This document shows positions 24,697-37,800 of a DNA stretch of 64,000 bases, piece by piece. A program made the translations under genes and the position numbers. Where the stretch lies: assembly GCA_964187785.1 (NCBI GenBank), contig OZ076409.1:51648001-51712000 (forward strand), in the 5' to 3' direction. The stretch's first letter is position 1. The number at the start of each line of letters is the position of its first letter. The notes beneath the pieces were generated by a model. It had not been told where the DNA came from. It did not search any database and saw only the letters and a list, made by a program, of their open reading frames with translations. This DNA comes from Amphiscolops sp. MND2022 (lineage: Eukaryota).

Positions 24697-26594
24697 TGTC
24701 GCGACCCCAGAGGCGTCACGGGACACATACAACGGGAGGAACGCCTGAAGAAGAGAGTGAGGAAGTCAATCAGAACTGACCAGAATTACCATAAACAAAT
24801 CTAAAATAAAAAGGACAACAAACAGCTTGATATTATTTGAATAACACACAATCGTACATTCCCCTCCTCTGTGCTGTAGCTAAAATACATACATATGTAA
24901 ATAATTAAATAATAATAGTGAATGCAGTATTTGTTTAGTCAACCTAGCCAGTGCGCTGACTGAAATTAATTCAATCAACGCGTTGACTGGGGATTCGCCT
25001 CAGCTGAAGTAGCAAATTTCATTAAGCCAATTCATATTGACCAATCAGAATCGAGCGCAGTTGTTACAAATTGAATAATTGAGTCAACGTCCCAGGCAAC
25101 TTACCAGTCGACTGAAGCTGGGACGCTCGCTCAGTCGCACTACCTGAGTACTCAAATTATAATTAATCGATGCAATTTTCAAATGAGTTTGTCACAGCTT
25201 AAAAGAAGCTAAGTACCAAAAGAACACCTAATAAACGCCAATCAACGATATTTGAAGTATCATAATATGTTTAATCCACTTTCCATCTGAGTCAATCTCC
25301 CAGGCAAGGCGCTATTTTTCCTTAATGAAACAACAGCCTGGACAGATGATTAAAAATAGTTAATTGAAATGCAACTTCCAACCACCTAAATTGCAAAGCC
25401 GTCCTTGTTGATTATAATATATAATAATATTGTGATAAAATAACCCCCCCGTGCTAACGTTCACCTTCACATGTATTGTTCTGTTCATGTATAATTGAGT
25501 CAACCGCCTGGTCAACCGGCTAGGCTACTCGAAATGAAACATGTTACCTGGCGTTCATCCAGGATTTTTATTGTTCGGTTCAACTTAAAATGCCATTTGA
25601 CAGCCATAATTATCTGATTTAATGTAAATCAGTGCTGTTGATTTATTCATTTGAAGCTTTTCCCTTAATTTATTGGCAGTAAAATTTGGGATTATTCGAT
25701 GACAATTTCACTTTCCTTTCCCGCTTTAGTAGCTAGGTTCATGAAATTCAGTGCCGACTTTGGTTCGGCGTCTTGAATTGGCGGGAAGCTGAGAAGAAAG
25801 CGAAGCGGAATTGGGACTTCGGCAGGAAGTTGATTCCCACTTTTCCTTAAAAGTGAGATGACGCCGAGAGCCGAGTCCCGAGGATGTGGACCTGATTCAA
25901 AGTTTCCCGCCTCGGAAGGACGCCGAGCTGAACAAGGTGTGAATTCACGCGCGGGATTTATTCCGCGTGTCTAGCGTAAAGTATAAATACCTGAAGCGGG
26001 ATAAGGAAAGGACCAGAAGTAATTTCATGATTGTACGAACTACTTTGATCGTCTTTTCAAGTATTGTTTTGTAATTCTCTACTTTTGATAATTGTTGATT
26101 TCACCCGTTTGTTCAAAACCATTCGTCCGTAATCTTTGAACTTTTGGATATTATTTCGTGATCAACCAGCGTTGCTTGGGAATAGTTTACCTATAACTAT
26201 TATCAAGAAAATACTCAATTCAATTTTCCAAGCAGGAATACTTTCTTGAAAATGCCCGAAAAGTCACAGAAAAGAAAGCTAAGGAGTGACCAAGGGACTA
26301 GCCAAGAGGAAATTGAGAATTGTAACGCCTCAAATGACGAAAATGTTAGCCTCTCTGAACAAGATTTCGAAGATATCTCCAATAAAATCGAGAATCGTCT
26401 GTCCAAGCGTTTAAGAGACACTGAATTCGGACAGAGAGAAATTCTGAGATTGATCGAGAACTTAGCATCAAAAGTGGACAATCTGTCCAATTCTGTCTCA
26501 GAACAGTGTAGTTCTGCCGTACATTTCGAACTGGAAACGGACCCGATAGAAAATACAGGAAACGAAAGTATTAATAGGAACGCGAGTTCCAACA
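24697..26594 (+). mobile_element. Solo LTR E (1898 bp) of a related family
   Basis: Termini TGTCGCG...TCCAACA, TSD CTAAA (24692-24696 and 26595-26599), absent from B's 3' LTR. Contains TATA-like GTATAAATA (25981) and a gag-leader-like ORF. Confidence 0.9.
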
Positions 26595-26641
26595 CTAAAC
26601 AAGAATACAGGCACAAATTATCTCCAAACAGAGTACATTAG
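26252..26641 (+). CDS. LTR-encoded Gag N-terminal-like ORF of solo LTR E, reading out through the LTR end
   Basis: The MPEKSQKRK start parallels MSTTRSQKRK; coiled-coil-like segment; frame open across 26594. Confidence 0.5.
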   Translation: MPEKSQKRKLRSDQGTSQEEIENCNASNDENVSLSEQDFEDISNKIENRLSKRLRDTEFGQREILRLIENLASKVDNLSNSVSEQCSSAVHFELETDPIENTGNESINRNASSNTKQEYRHKLSPNRVH

Positions 26642-28077
26642 CTGAATCTAAAATGGAAAAACACTTTGAAATATATATAGAGAGATTACGCCTCGTCAAA
26701 ATAAGGCGATTTATTTGCGTTTGAACAGCATTTAAAGTGGTTTAGGACGCACGGATTGCGCAAAGCAAACAATACGGCAGTGAGAACTTGGCTACATGTA
26801 TATTTGTCGTCTATAGGGCGCAGACAAGTTTTGAAGGTATACTAAGTGACGTCACTGCCTCGTCTATGCATACCAAAATTCATTCCAATTATCCTCCTAT
26901 ATCACCCACTATGCTAGAAAATCAATCCGATTTACCGCCTGCGTGACGTCACAATACTCGTAACTAGCTGTTAACTTGTCTCAAAATATGCGTCAACGAT
27001 GCGGCAAACTTGGCAGAGTTCAGTATTGCCAAGAAAATGCGTCACAGTGACGATGACAAGTTTATGAAATTAGTTGGAAATAGGTAAATCTGTCAAAATA
27101 ACCGGTTTTATCCTCATGTTTAATTCGCAGCTTCATAAGGAAAATGATAATGGCTTTTCTTAATCCGCAATGCAGACGTTTCGTCAATGTTAAGCTATCT
27201 GAAATTTCACACTTAAAACATATCTGATATAGGTGTAGTATAAAATCCAGTTAGTGCGTTAGTTAGTCGTCATGCATTTTTTGACAATAGAGGATTCCTA
27301 CCCGGATATCTTTTAAATGAGATTTCACATGAAGTTAAGCAAAAGTCACAGTTTATACTCACGTTCAGTGCGGGTAAAATATATTTTGTACCCAGAAATG
27401 TATTTTCATAAGTTTGTACCTTTTACTTTCAATTTGGCAAATATGTACATGATAATTGTTGATGCAATCATCTTCTTATCTACGTTCCCCTAATGGGCTT
27501 GGGAAATGTTGTGCTGATGACGAAATTATAGTTGTGAAAGTGCTAATTGTTGTTATACTATTGGTTTTGTAAAATATGACGCAATTGGTGCGACAAACCA
27601 AGTTTTGTATCTGTTTTATTCTTTATTTTGTTGGAAATTCATGAATGTTAACTTTATTTCTATACTTGTGTTAATCGTCCAAAATATTCTCCTAGCATCG
27701 ATTAAATAATCCTAGTTTGGAATTAGTCATTGCATTTTTATCAAGTTGAAATTCAAAATCAGGTATTAGTTGTTCACGTCAGCGTCATCTCACGTCAATT
27801 TCCCGCGAACCAAAGCAGCAAAGCAGGGAACTATTTCCGGTTTGATAGACTGAAGTAATATCTACTTCCTGCTCGGGAGGAAGCAAAAGGACGCCGGAAT
27901 GAAATGATATGAATATGTGTGATGACTAATACTAAAAGTAGAACATCGTGTCTCAAATTTTGTCGAATTGTCGACGCACTTTTGGGATTTTGATGATTTT
28001 TTCACCGAAAAAACAGGAAATGACTAATCATTTTAAAGAATTTGGGAATATGTACGTGATCAAATGATGCTAGGAGG

Positions 28078-28090
28078 GTATATATAGGAA
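28078..28090 (+). promoter_or_regulatory. Putative TATA box of the LTR promoter
   Basis: GTATATATAGGAA ~160 nt upstream of the gag ATG; counterpart GTATAAATAT in copy C LTR (~57140, minus strand). Confidence 0.5.
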
Positions 28091-28243
28091 GTGCACATTT
28101 TTCTAAGGGACTCAGTCTTTTGCCAGTGCTACAACTTAGTTGTTTCAAACTTGCTGTTCTCAAACTATTCTCATCCTTCTAACCCTGTTGAAAATCAGAA
28201 AGTGAAAATTGAATTCTTCAAGAATAAATCTTTCTTCAACATC

Positions 28244-29686
28244 ATGTCTACAACACGAAGCCAAAAGAGAAAGAATACCCAGCGAGAAGCTGATGATAAT
28301 GTAAGTGAAGGCTTTGTATCGTCAATAAATACGGAAAATTCTCATCCTTTAGATCAAAACGTAGAATTAGCAGGTCCTTCGAGACCCAAGTCCCCAAGAG
28401 TAGAAAATAGTTTCTTGGAAAGCATAAGGCCCTCTCTGAAGGAGGAAATAACGTCCGAGATTAGGACTCTTTTGCTTGAGTCCCAAAAGGAAATGTTGAA
28501 ACTCTTGAGATCTGAAACGAAAGAAAACGTAAGGGATCACGTATCAGAAGAGCTAGAAAATGAAACAAGAAGCTTCTATACTCCGACGAAAACAGTGCGA
28601 ATTAATTCTACCCAAAACGAAGATCATAGCATAATTCGTAACATGGTGACAGGAGTTTTAAACGACTCCACCAATCAACCCAAGAGAACAAAGGTCCGAT
28701 CTCAAAGCCAACCCCCGTCAAAAGAACGCCCAGCAATAACGCGAACTTTGTTCGCCCCAGACCAAAATAACACCACGATGCTACCCATGCCAAAAGCTCT
28801 AACGGCATCACTCCCAACTTTTGACGGGAAATCCGAAAAATTCGAGCTCTTTGAAGACCTCTTCAGGAACAATATCAAAATGTATCGGCACCTTACAGAA
28901 ATACAAAAGATAAACTACTTCCACTCCCTGCTCCGGGGAGACGCCTTACAAGCTTTTTGCAACATTGAAGACTCGAAGAAAGACTCACTAGACGAAATTA
29001 TAACGATATTCGAACGACGATTTGGGGACTACCTGTCGATGGCAAAGGCTAGATGCGAATGGGACGCACTAAAATTTGACCCCTCGACACAAAAACTCCA
29101 CGAATTCCTGGATGTACTACAGAGAACTGCAAAAGAAGCCTTTGGAACAGAGGCACAGCAATTCATAGACAAGGCTATATACGCCAAAATGCCAGACCAC
29201 GTCAAGAAAATACTAAACCGCGCATACCTCGAAGACAAACCCTATAACGACATAGTACTTCACCTGGAAAGGGAAATGCGTCTCAATGGACTAGGAGCGC
29301 CAGACGAGGTAAGGTTAGTGCCCTTAAACAAAATTGAACCTGCCCAAACAAAAACTGAACCTAAACCAGTGGAAACTACCGCTCAAACCACTAAAAAAGG
29401 GTACTGTTTCTATTGTAACAAATTCGGACGTCATAAAGCTGAATGTCGTAAAATGAAGAGAGACAAATGGATGCAAACCCGAAGAAACAACGGACCAACC
29501 AACCACAGTGCAGGTAAACCACCCAAATGCGATACCTGCGGCAAACCCCACAAAACAGAGGATTGTTGGAACGGAGCCAATGCTGCCAACGACCCACGAC
29601 CTAAGCGTCACAACACACAAGAAAGTAAAAGGGACATCAACGTCACTCAATCAACAAACCAACCCGATGATGAATCAAAAAACTAA
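28244..29686 (+). CDS. gag: Gag (480 aa); the first 133 codons lie inside the 5' LTR
   Basis: Intact ORF with LPTFDGKSEKFELFEDLF, YFHSLLRGDAL and zinc knuckles CFYCNKFGRHKAEC and CDTCGKPHKTEDC. Confidence 0.92.
   Translation: MSTTRSQKRKNTQREADDNVSEGFVSSINTENSHPLDQNVELAGPSRPKSPRVENSFLESIRPSLKEEITSEIRTLLLESQKEMLKLLRSETKENVRDHVSEELENETRSFYTPTKTVRINSTQNEDHSIIRNMVTGVLNDSTNQPKRTKVRSQSQPPSKERPAITRTLFAPDQNNTTMLPMPKALTASLPTFDGKSEKFELFEDLFRNNIKMYRHLTEIQKINYFHSLLRGDALQAFCNIEDSKKDSLDEIITIFERRFGDYLSMAKARCEWDALKFDPSTQKLHEFLDVLQRTAKEAFGTEAQQFIDKAIYAKMPDHVKKILNRAYLEDKPYNDIVLHLEREMRLNGLGAPDEVRLVPLNKIEPAQTKTEPKPVETTAQTTKKGYCFYCNKFGRHKAECRKMKRDKWMQTRRNNGPTNHSAGKPPKCDTCGKPHKTEDCWNGANAANDPRPKRHNTQESKRDINVTQSTNQPDDESKN
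28644..28656 (+). promoter_or_regulatory. Primer-binding site TGGTGACAGGAGT (possibly tRNA-Leu type)
   Basis: Directly follows the LTR end ...TAACA; same motif in A, D and the 51-kb fragment. The tRNA identity is inferred. Confidence 0.8.
29677..29683 (+). promoter_or_regulatory. -1 ribosomal frameshift slippery heptamer A_AAA_AAC at the gag-pol junction
   Basis: Immediately before the gag TAA; the -1 frame is open (KLITPRLRFGETVD...) into ORF 29833. Confidence 0.8.
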
Positions 29687-32600
29687 TTACGCCGCGCCTG
29701 CGCTTTGGGGAAACAGTAGACGCGAGGGCATATTCTCCACAAGAACCCCCATTAACGTATACCAACGACACGACTGTAGAGTGCTCAGGCAGCCCATCAG
29801 AAGCATGGCTGAGACAACAAGCAATCGCATCTATGAAACGACACCCGCCACAAGAGGATCAAAAAGTAACACCTCCAAACGATCAGGATTACAGAAACGA
29901 TTGCCGACATCACGAAAAAACACCCTCTCAACCAATCATCACCACCAAAGAACCCGCTGCTCAGACCCAAGGAAACCCAGTTGAAAACGTCCACGACGCC
30001 TGCACTTCGTCACAAATGTCCGAGAAAGATACATACGGCTCCACCGGGTCACCTATCCTCCACGACAACTTCCCCACCTTCCTCAACTCAATTAAAGAAT
30101 ACGTAACTGAAAAAGATGGTAACACTTATATACCACTCCACTCAACAATAGTCCTCAAGAACAGAAGACGAATGCTTTACTTGCCATTGGAATTTGGGGA
30201 ATTAACAATGGACGGCCTTGTCGACTCAGGAGCGTTTATCAATGCCATGTCATGGTCCGATTACAACGCCATTAAAATGAACAGCGATAATTGTGTCATA
30301 AAGGAGTATCCACAACCTCCTTTCAAGGTCGAATGTGCAAACGCACAACTAGAGCAACCTATCGCCACTGCAGACATTCAATTCAATATTGGAACATACA
30401 CGTTCACTGACACCTTTGTCATACTATCAAAGACGTCATTCCCCATAATCGGACTGAACTTCATGAGAAACCACCAAGCAGTAATCGACACAGCCAATGG
30501 GACCATCACCTTCCCTCACGTCGAAATGACACTAGCCATGACAGATGAAAAGAAAAATTGTAACCCCAAACCACTCCAAATTATGGCTGAAGGATATCAG
30601 ACGTTGCCACCACAACAAACAACAACCGTTAATGCAATAGTCATAACCACCAATACAATCGACATCACAGGAGCAGTACAACCGCTCCCACAGTTCGATG
30701 AAACAGCCACCATCATCGTTGCACCAGCACTAGCCACAGCTCACAACAAACGAATCAACCTCCGAATAGCCAACTTGACAGATTTCCCGCACACCATAAA
30801 AAACCACACCAAATTGGCAGAATTACAAATCCTGAGACCAGAGGACACTAAACAAATACGACCTGTAGACGTCGCAACGCTGACCACCTTACAAGATCCA
30901 GATGACACGCACATGTATGTAAATGAGCTCATGAAATCCTCAAACGATGAACGAAACGATGAAAACCTCTGGTTCCTAACACCCGAAAACCCGGGAAATG
31001 AAGATGAACACACACCAATACAAAAACGAATATTTAAGGAAATCAGAGAACTCATAAAAAAAAGAACAACTTGATCCCACCAAAGACCCAGAATCAAGGA
31101 AAGAATTCCTCGACATGTTCAAATGGGAAGGATCACAGATTGAGGGAAACGACAAGAAACAGCTGGAGCAAACGATAGTTGAATACAACGACATCTTTGC
31201 ACGTCACAGACTCGACATCGGCATCAATAAAAGCTTCAAAGTAAAACTGACGCCAAAAGATGAACGACCCATATACACACAGAGCCTGCCAGTGCCGATC
31301 AACCTCAAGGAAGACCTAACAGTCGAATTGGCACTCATGCATAGATATGGCATAATCACGACACTACCATTTTCAAAATAAGCCAGTCCGAGTTTTGCAC
31401 AACGCAAACCAAACGGTAAACTACGTTTACTGGTCGACCTGCGAAAAATCAACGCACTGATATCTGACGATTACATCAACAACAACCACCCAGTCAGCAC
31501 CCTGTCAGACGCAGCCCAACACTTAGCTGGGAAAAGGCTGTTCTGTAAACTAGATTGCTCCCAAGCATACCACTGTCTGCAAATGGCTGACCAGAGATCA
31601 ATCGAAATGCTGGCATTCAACTTCGCAAGCAGAACGTTTGCATATAAACGCCTGGCACAAGGACTGAGCAGAGCATTGTCAGCATTCTCCAGCTTCTTGA
31701 GAGAATACTTGGACAAAGTAATCAAAGCTGACCAGTGCGCGCAATATGTGGACGACATTGGAATAGCCGCCAACTCCGTGACGCAACTGATACGGAACAT
31801 TCGAGCCGTCTTCGAATGCATCAGACAAGCAGGACTTAAACTATCTATCGACAAATGCCACTTTGGAGTGACTGAAGTTGAATTCCTCGGAAGAACAATC
31901 ACTCCGCAAGGAATCGCCCCCCACGACCATTAAATACAAAAATTCTTGGCAAATGTACGATTTCCGAAAACAAAAAAACAAGTACAAAGATACATCGGCT
32001 TTGTCAAATATTATCGCAACTACATCCCGCGATTATCTGAAAAACTACTCGGATTCTATGAGCTACTGAAAGCAGATAAACAGATCAAAATCACTGAAGA
32101 ACTACTCGACCATTACAAGGCGATCAACGCAGCGCTGTCGCAAGCCTGTGGATTGGCTCTCAAACAACCAATTACAGGACGACAATACGTCTTAATGACG
32201 GATGCCAGTTTTCCAGCTTCTGGCTACGCATTAATGATCGAAGAGGACAATGACAAAAAAATCAATTCCAAAAAGAAAACATTTGCCCCAGTTGCATTCG
32301 GATCGAAAGTATTTTCCCCAGCTCAACTGAAAATGTCTATCTATTGCAAAGAATTCTTGGCAATTTCTCATGCCTTCCTAGAATACAGCCACATCCTATG
32401 GGAAGCAACCCTACCGACCCTAGTGATGACAGACAACAGATCAGTAACAAGATTTTTTCAAACAAAAGCGATTCCACCCACACTGTGGAACGCATGTGAC
32501 TACATCCTACAATTCAATTTCCATATCATGCACGTAGCGGGAACGCAAAATACTGCGGCAGACTTCCTCTCAAGAATTGACCTCAATCCCAAGGAACGAG

Positions 32601-34627
32601 TCGAACTGAAGATCCGCGATGATATCACAATACGACCAATACAAGCCAACCTCCAATCGACAGACGTCGCAGATGAAGAACAACTATTTTTTCTTCCCGA
32701 TGAGACCATCGAAACTGAAGAGGAAATCCTACTACGAAAAGAACAAGCTAGATAAAACGCGCACGATGAAGCGCCGGCGAAAATAAAAATGGCCATGCAA
32801 GAAACCACCCCAATACCAATAAACAAAGCCTCATATACCTTTGGCGCAATTAAAGAAGATGCACGCATTAGAGTCGAACAAGACTCAAACTTAGTCTTCA
32901 AGGCAATCAAAAGGAAACTGATTTGCGAAGAATACGACAAACATCTTCTACAAACTGACCCGACAGCTAAACGTCTTCTAGTCCACGAAAACAGACTAAT
33001 AGTCAAAGATGGCATCCTAATGCGTAAATATTACGGTGAATGTGGCCAAGTTACGCACCATCAAATACTCATCCCTGAACACTTGATCACAGAACTTCTG
33101 AAAGCAATCCACGGACAAATGGGAAAACACCCAGGAATCACAAAGATGATCCAAGAGTGTAGATCTAAATACTACTACCCAGGGCTAGCGAAACGCATCA
33201 AACAATAGGTACAACAATGTGAAGACTGCATCAGATATAAACGAATCAGTAACGCTCAAATCAAACCGAAAATGATCAACAACACAGATTACGTCCTAGG
33301 ACCGGAAGACATCCTAGAGATTGACATATTACCTAACCTACCAAACTCTGCGGGATACCAGAATATCGTCACAATGATAGACGTGTTTTCGTTTTCGCGA
33401 TATCTATTTGCCTACCCAACACAGAACGCCACAGCGAGGACGATTGGCCGATGTATTGTCGATGTCATGACAAGGCACGCATATCTGCCGACATTAATCC
33501 TATCGGATAAAGGCTCCCAATTCCGATCAGAAGTTGTTGCAGAAATAATGCAAATACTGGAAATACAAATCAGTCATGCTTCCACTAAACAGGCTCAAAC
33601 AATCGGAATACTGGAAAGAACTCACGCCTCAATCAAAACGGCACTGAAAATATCGACGGGTAAACGACGCTCAATGTGGCATAAATATGTCCAAATCGCA
33701 GTGATGAACTATAACACAACCTACCATGAAACGCTAGGCTGCGAACCTTCCACAGTATTCCATGGACGAATACCGTACAATATACTGGACCTAAAATTGG
33801 GCATCAGACCAAAATGGAAAACTTCATCTAATTCCGACCTAGTCGAACAACTACAAAAACAGATTGACGAAGTGCGTGCCACGGCAAAGGACAATATTAT
33901 GTTGTCTTATCTCAAATACAAAAAGTACTATGACCGCAAAGCATCTGCAGCCCCACTGAAAACAAACGATTATTGCTACATACTCAACCCGAAAGCCGAC
34001 AACCAATCGACAAAATTCGCATTCCAAGATTGCATCTGGACAGGACCGTATATAGTGATAAAAGTACTTCCAAATAACAACTATACGATCCGAAAAATCG
34101 GCACGAGATACACAAAAACGCTACATCGCATTAGAATACGACCTTACATGCCAGAAAAACGATTGCCTGACGTCACAGTACGGGCAAACGAATATCTTCC
34201 AGATCCGGACGTCAAAGTGTCGCACAACGAATGGTACGCTGTATCGTGGGAAATGGATTTTGGCAAACAAATAGACGAACACGAAGCGACAAGAAGTTCA
34301 GAAAACAATCAGCAGATAATCACACAAGAAGTGGCGAACACGAATGACGACACGATGACGCAACAATTATCAGACAATCAAAATGACGACACACATGACG
34401 TGGCACCGACGTCTCCAGATTTTTCAAACCTCACTACTGACGTAGGGGATAATCCATATATACGACGTCCCCCACCCACTGAAAGTCCACCTATTCCCCC
34501 AAAATCACCGCCTACAGTTGTCGGTTATAATCCGAGGCAAACAGCAAAATACAATTTACGACCTAATCCTAAACCTAACGCTAATCCTGACTTCAGAAGA
34601 CTTGACGCTATCACTATGACTCAATAG
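29680..34627 (+). pseudogene. pol: Pol (protease, RT, RNase H, integrase) with one frameshift and four premature stops
   Basis: LVDSGA, LDCSQAY, QYVDDIGI, VLMTDAS, HHCC, EIDIL/SDKGSQF/ILERTH and WTGPYIV. Lesions: A-run near 31060 and stops at 31379, 31931, 32753 and 33206. Confidence 0.95.
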
Positions 34628-34864
34628 AAAAGCAAATATCAGGAGTCCAGACCGAATCGATCTGACTATTTTCAATTCATAGCATACTACGACCATTCTT
34701 TTTTCTCCTTTGATTACCAATATTTTGATTCTCCAAGACAAATTACTTTTAATCAAGAAAATAATATCTAACAAACTGATAAGAACAACATAACAAAACG
34801 CCCGAAGACGCAAAGAAATTATACAAAAATCAACAAACAGTTTACAAATCGAGTACGGCAAATT

Positions 34865-37800
34865 CTATTGTTTCTTTGTGGCGGCATCAGAACTCTTCCG
34901 GGTGGCCCTCTTCGCAGACACTTTAGATGAATCAACAGCTCGCTTCGACCCAGATCCAGTGTTTTTCTTTCGACCCAATAATGAGCCAACACTGCTATAT
35001 AAATGTCCCTTCTCAGGAGTTGCAGCAACAGAAGAACCCACAACAGATGATGATGGACTCTCCGAACATGACACAGTTGACACGTCGCCCCCCTCACCAG
35101 CTAGCATTTTTCGCCCCCGCTTATTGGCATGACGCAGATTAGAATACGACTCCCCTTTCTTGCGACTAAGGAAGGCATTAAACAATTCAAGATATCGTGT
35201 AACAAATGACTCCTGACCACCGCAGCAGATACGCTCCCAAGGATCATAGGAAGCCAAGTTCATGAAATCCTGAGCCCCATTTATAGCATTTCGGACGCTA
35301 TCCATCGTATGTTTCGTAAAGAAGGCTTTCTGCTTGTAATTTGATGACAAAACACAACTCTGCACTCCACGAATACACGAAGTAACAGTCCAATACGGCA
35401 CAGCACAACCCGAAAGGTTAATGTCTACGTCAGGGTATTTCTGTCGAGGTTTCAGGACAACTAAACAGCACAATTCAAACACCCGGCACAGTTTCTTGCG
35501 GGCCAGAAATGAGTAATCTCCCAGCAGATAAGAGACGACATCAGGAATATTCTCAGCGACCTCATCACTGGTGGCATGACGACCTCGGACGTCCACAACA
35601 AATGTACGCAACTCTTCAACAGCTGACTTGCACTCTACGTCTGAAATAACTCCGCAACGCTCCAAACGTCGAGCCAATTGATTAAACAAGTCAAACACAT
35701 ACTTGTCATCCCCTTCCAACAGGAGTCCGGGGCAGAAACAAAATAAGCCACTCGTAAACTCAGACGACGCTGCCTGTTGTGCCAAGATCAGTTCCACAAA
35801 ACGATCGATAAATTCACGACAACGATCTTGAAAGTCACGACCCTCACTCCCTTTAAATTCACGCAGCATTGCACCAAAATCATAGTTTTGCAAGAATTCG
35901 GCTGTTGGTATTACCTCAAACTGAGACAACTTGGACACGTCCATATACTCTTCCCATGCATTGACATTTAGCAGCGACGAAACATGACGACTACGTGACA
36001 ACAGACAATACACTAGTTGACATAGTTCCATATACGCATGGAAGCCATAATCTGCGCGTCTTTGCTGCTGCTTCTTGAAACAAACTGCGTCTAAACACAT
36101 CAACCCTACTACATCTGCCTTTCAACAAAACGAGACGAAACGCAGACGACAACTTACAAAGTTCTAGGACATGTTTGAGCAGACCCAGACGGAACACATT
36201 CGTAGTTTCGGTGAAAACCAGCCAGTCCACACCTCGCATCTGAAACAAACCCAACTACCTCAAATCTCACTACCAAAATAACCCAACTTTGCCAACCCCA
36301 ACAGACCTCAAAGAAAAAACAAAAAGAGGGAAGGATACAAAAAAAGAGAAAAAACAAAACTTACTCTGTCAGAAGAGCTCTTCAGGTGCCGAGCCCCAGT
36401 GTAGCGAACATATTCTTTGACGAATTTCCACACAAGAATCAGTTCCGAGACGAAGCCACACAAGTCAGCAAAGGGTACCCGCCCAGCAACACTACAACGA
36501 CGAACGACGGTCACGTCCTCCGTCCACGGCTCTTGGAGTGCCCCGCGCAGACGTAACACCAGAAAGTCAACCATTGAAGTCACCTCGAGCATGCCGAAGA
36601 CCTCTCGATGAGCCTCTCGGAAACATTGCAGAAAGGCCTCCTCAGAGAATTCCTGACCCAAAACGAACTGCCGACCATCAACTCGATTGTCACTAAGTAC
36701 ACGCAACAAAGACGCACTCCCTCCTTGACACGACATGGGCAATTGGCATGACACAATACTGTCAACCACACGAGACAAACCAGCCAGCTCTGAGTTGGGG
36801 ATTTTCTGTCAGACGCCTCAACATGGACACAGACACAAAACAGCTCATGACCATCCCAAGTCTGTACATAACAGCTATGCGACGTCCCATCATCTACGAA
36901 AAACACACTGTAGTCGCGGAAAGCAGTCACACGTGCGATCATTGATCGAAGTACACGAGGGAACAGGGCTTGACAGATCAGCGACTAAAACAACAAATTA
37001 CCAACGCTCAACACACGGAAATCCCAATACCTACAGACTCATTCAAACACTAGAATCTGCTTCAAGCCAACGATACAACTACGATACACCCCCCCTAAAA
37101 AGCATGATAAAACATACGAAAATACTAACCAACGACTCTTCTCGACTCCACTTTAGACTGTACAGAGGATTTTCCGGCCCCAAAGTAGCACGAAAACAGC
37201 CCCACAACTTTCGCAATAAAGTGTAGCTGCCACCACTGCGCAGGAGTTCCAGTGAACAAGTCACTAGTGTCAACAAAGGAACCGATGAATCGACCTGAGT
37301 GCATGCGGGCAACAGATCCTCCGGGAAGCTGAATCCCTCGGCTTTCCCCTTGCAGGGACGACTTCGATAATCCTCCAATTGCGTATCTGTCAGCTCCATT
37401 GGATCCATCAGCCGATTGAACACAGGCAAATTATTTTGAACGCGATAAGTGACGTCCAATTGCCAATGCCGCTTGCCAAAGAAATGTCGACTGAACTCCA
37501 ATGCACCACGAGACTACATTGAAACGTCACGGTGACAAATCATACAGAAGAAATGTTTGTCACAGCCAGTACTGGACCCGCTGACAAACAACTGGTAGAT
37601 GGGGTTATCACCTATCATGTCGCGACGAAGACGTTTCCGCATACTGTACACTCGTTTTCGTTGCCGCTGAGGTGACGAATTCTCCTCTAAACTGGCCTCG
37701 ACACGACTCACGACCTCCTGAAACCCTATAAACACAAAACTTCCTTTAATCAAAAGAAATCACGTCGTACGTGGACCACCAGCATACAATCCCAAGATCA

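Larger units (their letters stand above)
24376..28643 (+). repeat. Copy B 5' LTR (~2365 bp net), interrupted by solo LTR E
   Basis: 24376-24696 plus 26600-28643 align with 40083-42444 with only scattered mismatches. Confidence 0.95.

Noticed and set aside
28091..28243. Upstream GTG-start extension of gag (also 41892, and the extension to 57130)
   Set aside because: Non-ATG start adjacent to the TATA-like box; protein similarity between B and C effectively begins at MSTTRSQKRK.
28608..33015. Minus-strand ORFs over gag/pol (e.g. 29324..29650, 31471..31902, 32500..33015) and plus-strand ORFs over 45107-47129
   Set aside because: Shadow frames of real coding sequence with no independent motifs.
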